Shown here: piece by piece, positions 58,287 to 64,000 of the stretch
Layout: every line of letters starts with the position of its first letter
Numbering within the stretch: the stretch's first letter is position 1
Origin: a virus
IMG/VR virus record: IMGVR_UViG_3300007538_000022
Location: 1 to 64,000 of that record
Direction: 5' to 3' (one strand)
DNA length: 64,000 bases
Position numbers and translations under genes: made by a program
The notes under the pieces: model-generated
The model's database searches: none
The model's input: only the letters and a program-made list of their open reading frames with translations
What the model was told of the DNA's origin: nothing

Positions 58287-59588
58287 TTAAATCTTTTCGC
58301 CTATTTCAAAACCTCTAAATGTTTTAAATCTTGGAAATCGTAGCGAGTATGTACTATCTTGATTTTGAGTTATTGCATCTGCACGAACTTCCACCATATG
58401 CCCTATAACATTAGTGTTCCATATATCATTTCTCTGTTCATCTGTAAATCCAGATCCAACATTAACTTTAATGATTTTCCCGCTATCAATCCCTTCACAT
58501 ACTAACGCCCCTAATCTTCCTATATTTTTACCTGTTCCTTCCTCAACAGAAATAACATTTAATGTAACTTCGATAAATGGTTTTATTTTTAGCCACGAAT
58601 GTGTTCTTTTACATTCATACGGTGCATCAGGATCTTTTACCATAATACCTTCGTATCCTAACTCGATTGCTGATTGATTAATTTCTTTAAATCTATCACT
58701 TCCATTAGGTGTATCTAAATCTACTTCTTCATTTCCAACTATTCGAATAATTTCATCATTAAACAATTTTGATAATCTCGATAAGTTAGTTGACCTATCT
58801 TTTTGAGGAACTAATGACTTTCCATTTTTAAAATCTTTCAAACTAATTACATCAAACAGATATAGTACTGCATCATTTGTTTGAACATTTGTTTTTCGAT
58901 GTACTTGTTTCATTAGATCTTGAAAGGTTGAACTCATCACTTCTCCATCAAACACAGTGTCTTCTGTTAGCTGTGAAGAAATATGATTTTTAAACCATTT
59001 TGCTATTCTAGGAAAGTTTTGTAATTCTTTACCATTTCGGCTATACATTGTTACAATGCCGTTTGTCCTGACAACAGTTATAACCCTAACGCCATCTAAT
59101 TTAACTTCGATTAGTTTATTGCCACTTAGTTTTTTTTCGTGATTAGCACCGTCATGTGCTAATTGACATGAAAATACAGGTATTGAATATTTTGGGTACG
59201 TTTTAGTTACTTTATTAACTGTTTTTACACTAACTCCACATTTTAAATCTTTAGTTAAAATGCGTCTGTACCACATATTCCATTCTACTGTAGTTGCAAC
59301 ATCCATGCACAATTTAATTGCATCACGAGCAGCATATCCTGTTAATTCTCTATTATTTAACTTGTTTGCTAAATCTTCAAATACATTCCATGCTAATCCC
59401 TGCCCATTAACTGTTGACTCTGGTACTTGTTTGATCCCAAACGTGAATAATGGATCCAAGCACATTTTTAAACCTGAAAAAAATGTATCCACATTCTCAT
59501 TCATTGCAAGTGTTAAAATAGATTCTTTTGCAAGTCTAGAATTATTTGATTCTAAATTTTTAATTATTTCGTGTGGCAAAGTATGCAT
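58287..59588 (-). CDS. ATP-dependent DNA ligase
   Basis: EVKLDGVR, FDGEV, EGIMVK, WLKIK, VGSGF, SLRFPRF. Confidence 0.93.
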   Translation of the reverse strand: MHTLPHEIIKNLESNNSRLAKESILTLAMNENVDTFFSGLKMCLDPLFTFGIKQVPESTVNGQGLAWNVFEDLANKLNNRELTGYAARDAIKLCMDVATTVEWNMWYRRILTKDLKCGVSVKTVNKVTKTYPKYSIPVFSCQLAHDGANHEKKLSGNKLIEVKLDGVRVITVVRTNGIVTMYSRNGKELQNFPRIAKWFKNHISSQLTEDTVFDGEVMSSTFQDLMKQVHRKTNVQTNDAVLYLFDVISLKDFKNGKSLVPQKDRSTNLSRLSKLFNDEIIRIVGNEEVDLDTPNGSDRFKEINQSAIELGYEGIMVKDPDAPYECKRTHSWLKIKPFIEVTLNVISVEEGTGKNIGRLGALVCEGIDSGKIIKVNVGSGFTDEQRNDIWNTNVIGHMVEVRADAITQNQDSTYSLRFPRFKTFRGFEIGEKI

Positions 59589-59633
59589 AGTAGCGATCCT
59601 ATAAATAGTAGTGTGATGTATGTAAGGCTATAG

Positions 59634-59768
59634 TTAATTGATATTTAATTCTTGTTGTAGTGATTCGATTCGTTCAGCGGCAAGAATTAATAGCATCGAC
59701 AACGATTCGTTGTTTGAATAATTAACTGACATTATTAAAAGTGTATTTACAAGTTCGGTATTTGTCAT
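59634..59768 (-). CDS. Small hypothetical protein (44 aa, not in track)
   Basis: MTNTELVNTLLIMSVNYSNNESLSMLLILAAERIESLQQELNIN. Confidence 0.4.
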   Translation of the reverse strand: MTNTELVNTLLIMSVNYSNNESLSMLLILAAERIESLQQELNIN

Positions 59769-59771
59769 ATT

Positions 59772-60083
59772 ATGAAAGAAATTAAAGAATTATATAATCA
59801 TTTAAAAAATTCAGCAAAAAAAAGAAATATTCCATTTTCGCTAACATTAACAGATCTAAATAACTTATCATTTCCGTTAACGTGTCCAGTGTTAGGTATA
59901 AAATTACAATGGAATACTGGAAATCCAAAAGATAATTCGTATTCCATTGATCGAATTGATTCTACTAAAGGGTATGAAATTGACAATATTATTGTCATTA
60001 GCTATAGAGCTAACAAATTAAAAAATAATGCAACATTAAATGAATTAAATCTAATAGCTGGATTTTACAACTCTTTAATGTGA
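59772..60083 (+). CDS. Small HNH-like endonuclease
   Basis: AKKRNIPFSL, CPVLG, SIDRIDSTKGY..DNI.VIS..ANKLK. Confidence 0.75.
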   Translation: MKEIKELYNHLKNSAKKRNIPFSLTLTDLNNLSFPLTCPVLGIKLQWNTGNPKDNSYSIDRIDSTKGYEIDNIIVISYRANKLKNNATLNELNLIAGFYNSLM

Positions 60084-60244
60084 TTATTAATGTAATTTAT
60101 CCAATGCCCTTTAACATCAACAAAATCGTGTGGATTGTAAAAAAATCGAGTATATTTAACATTTGATTCTTCTTCAACCCACTCTTTAATAGCAAATACT
60201 TGGTTAATGTTTATTAAATATTGGCTAATATGTACAAAGTTCAC
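60065..60244 (-). CDS. Small hypothetical protein (59 aa, GTG start, not in track)
   Basis: GTGA overlap with upstream stop. Confidence 0.45.
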   Translation of the reverse strand: MNFVHISQYLININQVFAIKEWVEEESNVKYTRFFYNPHDFVDVKGHWINYINNHIKEL

Positions 60245-60381
60245 GCACGTGTTGCCTGTCTTTTACGAAGTTCTTTATTAATTTTAACTTGATCCTTTTT
60301 TCTACCTTTAAAGTTAAGAAGTTTTTCAGTTGACATACCTTCTACTGAAACTTTTGAACCTTTAGAACCTATTTTCATCAT
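60241..60381 (-). CDS. Small basic protein (46 aa, not in track)
   Basis: MMKIGSKGSKVSVEGMSTEKLLNFKGRKKDQVKINKELRKRQATRA; GGAG RBS. Confidence 0.6.
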   Translation of the reverse strand: MMKIGSKGSKVSVEGMSTEKLLNFKGRKKDQVKINKELRKRQATRA

Positions 60382-60478
60382 ATTTCTCCAATTAAAATTT
60401 TTGAATTGTTACAATTCTACCAATAATGAACCCTAATATAAAAGAAATTAGCATCCACCCTATAAATAATTCCATTGT

Positions 60479-60772
60479 TTAATGCCCGTAGTTAAACCCG
60501 TATAAATATGATTTTCCACTTTTACATCTCATTTGACTGTCAAAAAACCCACAGCAACCTTCATTTTTTATTTTTGTGTATTGTTTATGTCCATTATATG
60601 TATTAGGAAAAATCCTAAAATTATCTTCATATTCAGTATCTAGCATTGCTATAGATAATGCAACTAAAATTTCTAAACGATCTTCCATAGGAATTTCTTG
60701 CATCATTTCATCATCTAACAAATACCCTATTTTATCTATCGCATACTTTTCATAAGAATCTGTAGTATTCAT
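60479..60772 (-). CDS. Hypothetical protein
   Basis: C-terminal GCCGFFD..YLYGFNYGH; follows sigma70 promoter. Confidence 0.65.
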   Translation of the reverse strand: MNTTDSYEKYAIDKIGYLLDDEMMQEIPMEDRLEILVALSIAMLDTEYEDNFRIFPNTYNGHKQYTKIKNEGCCGFFDSQMRCKSGKSYLYGFNYGH

Positions 60773-60803
60773 ACAGTTATTTTTTTATTTTGTTAAAAAC
60801 TAT

Positions 60804-60832
60804 ATTATACATGTTTGTTAATATTATGTCAA
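60804..60832 (-). promoter_or_regulatory. Consensus sigma70 promoter
   Basis: TTGACA-17 nt-TATAAT. Confidence 0.8.
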
Positions 60833-60885
60833 CTGTTTTTAAAAAATATCGTTTATGTGTTAGTAAATGTAAATTTGATCGAGTA

Positions 60886-61119
60886 TTATTCGTTATCATC
60901 TAATAACTTTCCAGTATTACAATAATATATAAATTTAACCCATTTAATATCATCATTTAACTTGTTAATATCCATATCGTAGGAGCTTATAACTGTTGCA
61001 TATCGCATTTCGCTATGTCGATTTTCTCTAATCATTAATTCTAAATCGTTTAATCTACGAGATTTAATTCGTTGTTTCAGTTTAATTTTTTCTTTTAGTG
61101 CTCTAATTGTTTGTTTCAT
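60886..61119 (-). CDS. Hypothetical protein
   Basis: Start moved to MKQTIR to avoid overlap. Confidence 0.55.
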   Translation of the reverse strand: MKQTIRALKEKIKLKQRIKSRRLNDLELMIRENRHSEMRYATVISSYDMDINKLNDDIKWVKFIYYCNTGKLLDDNE

Positions 61120-61141
61120 TGTGTCTCTATTGTTAAGTAGT

Positions 61142-61774
61142 TTAAGTCCATAGGGAATGATAATATTTACCAAATAATCTAAGACCATTATTAATTCGTT
61201 CATGATACTTATCTAGATTCTCCTTATCAATTTCAAAGTTAAAAGGTTTGTCCGGTGTACTAGGTAGTTCTTTAAAAAACTCATCTTCTCCATCGATTAA
61301 TTTTTGCTGAAATGCCCAAATCATTTCATCTATGATCCAATCCCACCTTAAAAACCAGTTGTCGTCAACATCGTCAAATTGTTGATTTTCATTTTTATTC
61401 CGTAAGTTATCTGGAACATCATCATTATCAACAAATGGAGCTCCATGTTTTTCCTTTTTTAGTTCAATAAGTAACGGTACAATGATATGCGCCAAAGTTA
61501 CATCAGCAGACCATGTATCATACTTATCTATTTTTACTTTTACTTTTTGTTTCTTTTTAGAATGTATCCACTCTAAAAAGTTATACAATATTGTTTGATT
61601 ACTTTCAATCCGTTCTTTAAATCCATAAGCAAGCCAGTCACCGAACTTATGAACACAATCTGCTGAACATTTAATACCATACTCGTCAGTTTGTTTAGGA
61701 TACCACCACATTAACATTTCTGCTAATTGATACGGACCTATCCAAGTTATATATGGGCCTACATACACTTTCAT
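61142..61774 (-). CDS. Conserved-looking phage hypothetical protein
   Basis: KIDKYDTWS.D.TLA.I..P.L, RWDWIIDEMIWAF, GLRLFGKYY.SLW. Confidence 0.7.
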   Translation of the reverse strand: MKVYVGPYITWIGPYQLAEMLMWWYPKQTDEYGIKCSADCVHKFGDWLAYGFKERIESNQTILYNFLEWIHSKKKQKVKVKIDKYDTWSADVTLAHIIVPLLIELKKEKHGAPFVDNDDVPDNLRNKNENQQFDDVDDNWFLRWDWIIDEMIWAFQQKLIDGEDEFFKELPSTPDKPFNFEIDKENLDKYHERINNGLRLFGKYYHSLWT

Positions 61775-62088
61775 TATTTTTCCTCTAAAAAGTCAAGAGC
61801 ATCTTTAACTGCAGATATCCAATTTAATGCTGTTTGTTTAGATAATATAATTTCATGATCGATAGTGTTTGAACCACTAAACAAGAATTTAAGTTTTTCA
61901 AAAAATGTAAACTGTTTTTGAACATAAAAACTTACTTCCACACACTGCAAATCTTTTTCAGCATTAACTTCAACCCATGTATTTATTGAATGCTCGTGTG
62001 ACATGCAATCACATTGTACTGTAAAACAAATTGCATTATCGTATTCAGCAGAAGTTGATATTCCAACCGTAGGTTTTTCTCTTTTCAT
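61774..62088 (-). CDS. Hypothetical protein
   Basis: 104 aa, CxC..H motif. Confidence 0.6.
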   Translation of the reverse strand: MKREKPTVGISTSAEYDNAICFTVQCDCMSHEHSINTWVEVNAEKDLQCVEVSFYVQKQFTFFEKLKFLFSGSNTIDHEIILSKQTALNWISAVKDALDFLEEK

Positions 62089-62212
62089 AGCTATTTATTT
62101 TTTTTAAACTGTGGAAATAATGAAATTAAAACAATCGGTACTATTTTGAAAACGTATAGTATTTTAATTTCAATCCAGATAGTATTAGATTTACGCACAA
62201 TAACAACTAATG

Positions 62213-62986
62213 CTAAATTTCAAGTACTTTAGTAAAATAACTAGTATCTTTAAGCTCACCGGGATATCCTTTGGGATTACTTTCAATTTGAGTATTTCCA
62301 ATTTCATAACTCACTGATTCATGTATATGTCCGTGAATCCATAACTTTGGGTTATACTGTAATATATGTTCGGACAAATCTGAACAATAACCGTGATTAA
62401 TTGATGAATTTTTAAATTTTTCTGCAATTGATTTAAAACTAGGAGCATGATGTGTAATTACAATATTAGTATGCTCAGTTGAGTACGATTTTTTAAAAAA
62501 CTCAATAGTTTTATTAAATTCAACAAATGCATCTTTAGGATCAAATTTTCTCATATATGGCACTCCATATGATCCTGTTCTAATACAGTGAAAATCATTC
62601 ATTCGTTTTCTAACTATAAACGCAGTTAATTCATCATAGTTATTATAGTCCGACCACATAGTACTACCTAAAAATCGGTAGTTTTCAATGTCAATGTAAG
62701 ATCGATTAAGTACAGTTAAATTAGGATAGCTCAATTGACTAATATAATCATTAACTAGTTTAACTGAACCTTTATAAAATTCATGATTACCAAATACATA
62801 TAAAACATGTTTAAATCGTGTAGTTACATCATTAAAAAAATATTCAAACTTTTTAATTTTGGATAAAATGCAAATATCTCCTGCTAGAATTAGTATAGTA
62901 TTTTGTTCATCTTCTGAACTGTCTAAACAAAATGGTTCTTTATCATACCATTCTAAATGTAAATCTGATTCTATTCTTACTTTCAT
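62213..62986 (-). CDS. Calcineurin-like metallophosphoesterase
   Basis: SDLHLE, LAGDI, GNHEFY, THHAP, HGHIH, NPKGY. Confidence 0.88.
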   Translation of the reverse strand: MKVRIESDLHLEWYDKEPFCLDSSEDEQNTILILAGDICILSKIKKFEYFFNDVTTRFKHVLYVFGNHEFYKGSVKLVNDYISQLSYPNLTVLNRSYIDIENYRFLGSTMWSDYNNYDELTAFIVRKRMNDFHCIRTGSYGVPYMRKFDPKDAFVEFNKTIEFFKKSYSTEHTNIVITHHAPSFKSIAEKFKNSSINHGYCSDLSEHILQYNPKLWIHGHIHESVSYEIGNTQIESNPKGYPGELKDTSYFTKVLEI

Positions 62987-63189
62987 TTTTTGTATAATCT
63001 CTTATGGGTTAGTCTATGATGTTTTAATATTTTACCTATAGATTTATATAGGGCATATTCTGTATATAAAAACGAACTTGCTAATCTTAACATAAAAATT
63101 AAATCTATAACTGTATCTGAAACTAGCAATGCTCCAATGGAAAATGATAATACTATAGTTATTATAACATCTATAAACATAGTAGTCAC
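62983..63189 (-). CDS. Small hydrophobic protein
   Basis: 68 aa ORF filling the gap between thyA and phosphoesterase. Confidence 0.5.
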   Translation of the reverse strand: MTTMFIDVIITIVLSFSIGALLVSDTVIDLIFMLRLASSFLYTEYALYKSIGKILKHHRLTHKRLYKK

Positions 63190-63190
63190 G

Positions 63191-64000
63191 CTATACTGCT
63201 ACAGGAGCAGAAATTTTTCCTAATGGATTATAATTAACAACATTAAAATCGGATAACTTAAAATCATTAATATTATTAACAGTGTTTGTTATATATAGTT
63301 TTGGATCAGATAAATTGTATGTATCCCTAGACAATAACTCCGTAACTTGTTCGATGTGATTCTTATATATGTGGCAATCACCTCCTGTCCAAATAAATGT
63401 ATGGGGGATCATATTTGTTATATGTGCAATCATATACGTTAGCAAGGAATAACTAGCAATATTATATGGCAATCCTAAAAACAAATCTGAAGATCTTTGA
63501 TACAATTGACAAGAAAGTGCATATCTTGGAATATTCCTTTCATCCAAATCCATATTAATTATGTATTCTTCTGTTTTTAACACAACACTACTACATTTTG
63601 ATAATCGATCTCTTACCATATCAACATATTCGGTGTCGTTTGTTAGCCTAGCTCTTTCAATTGTAGGAATTTGACTAGTATAAAACTGAAAAAAACAGTG
63701 GCATGGAGCTAATGCCATTTTACCATTTAATACATTATTGTGTGGGGATTGTGTTTCATCTGGTAAGTCTGCTACATTCCATGCTGACACAATATGTCGT
63801 CTACTTGCTGGTCTTTCAATTAATGATTGAATAACTTGTTCTATTTGATCTATTGTTTGCCCGTTTGGAGTTTTCCATGATCTCCATTGATGTCCGTAAA
63901 TTGGGCCTAATTCACCTGAATGATTATTATCATATACTGCCCATTCTTTCCATATAGTGTCTTGATTTTCTTTTAAATTACAAATTTTGGCAAGATCTTC
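63191..64000 (-). CDS. thyA: Thymidylate synthase (5' end outside window)
   Basis: Frame open to window edge: [48 protein letters not shown]. Confidence 0.93.
   Translation of the reverse strand, partial: EDLAKICNLKENQDTIWKEWAVYDNNHSGELGPIYGHQWRSWKTPNGQTIDQIEQVIQSLIERPASRRHIVSAWNVADLPDETQSPHNNVLNGKMALAPCHCFFQFYTSQIPTIERARLTNDTEYVDMVRDRLSKCSSVVLKTEEYIINMDLDERNIPRYALSCQLYQRSSDLFLGLPYNIASYSLLTYMIAHITNMIPHTFIWTGGDCHIYKNHIEQVTELLSRDTYNLSDPKLYITNTVNNINDFKLSDFNVVNYNPLGKISAPVAV

Noticed and set aside
1858-62859. Many short plus-strand ORFs in the track (e.g. 1858..2253, 16998..17351, 36103..36453, 59260..59604) and nested minus ORFs 21019..21213, 40586..40768, 48848..49030, 59798..59998
   Set aside because: Shadow frames of well-supported genes, with no motifs or RBS
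63191-64000. dCMP hydroxymethylase feeding the glycosyltransferases (T4-style glucosyl-hmC)
   Set aside because: Specificity residue is Asn (PYNIASY), as in true ThyA
1-64000. tRNA, rRNA and CRISPR loci
   Set aside because: None recognised by eye in the short intergenic gaps; a covariance-model scan would be needed to exclude them

Overview
AT-rich (about 30% GC by eye), gene-dense 64 kb segment of a large T4-like lytic dsDNA phage, almost entirely coded on the minus strand in the standard genetic code. The i-spanin/o-spanin pair implies a Gram-negative host. Main blocks: tail/virion genes (1-2.9 kb, 27-42.8 kb); a 7-deazaguanine DNA-modification operon (TGT/DpdA-like, QueD-like DpdL candidate, glycosyltransferase, dUTPase, phosphoribosyltransferase, FolE; a second QueD plus glycosyltransferase at 50.5-51.8 kb); replication and nucleotide genes (clamp, clamp loader, family B polymerase split by a cysteine-less split intein, type II topoisomerase, ATP ligase, DHFR, dCMP deaminase, ThyA); chaperones (ClpA, DnaJ, GroES-like); a lysis cassette; and PhoH and UvsE. 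Best leads: (1) about 11 unrelated proteins, including three HExxH paralogs, a GH19, two ParB-like proteins and a DUF5591-like protein, share a T4-style capsid-targeting leader, and one sits in a cassette bounded by 78-bp direct repeats; (2) a PlcP-like phospholipase plus GT2 pair that could remodel host lipids to free phosphate; (3) a deazaguanine operon with extra sugar- and ribose-transfer enzymes; (4) the split-intein polymerase and two decayed homing-endonuclease tails. All family assignments come from motif recognition by eye; no searches were run.
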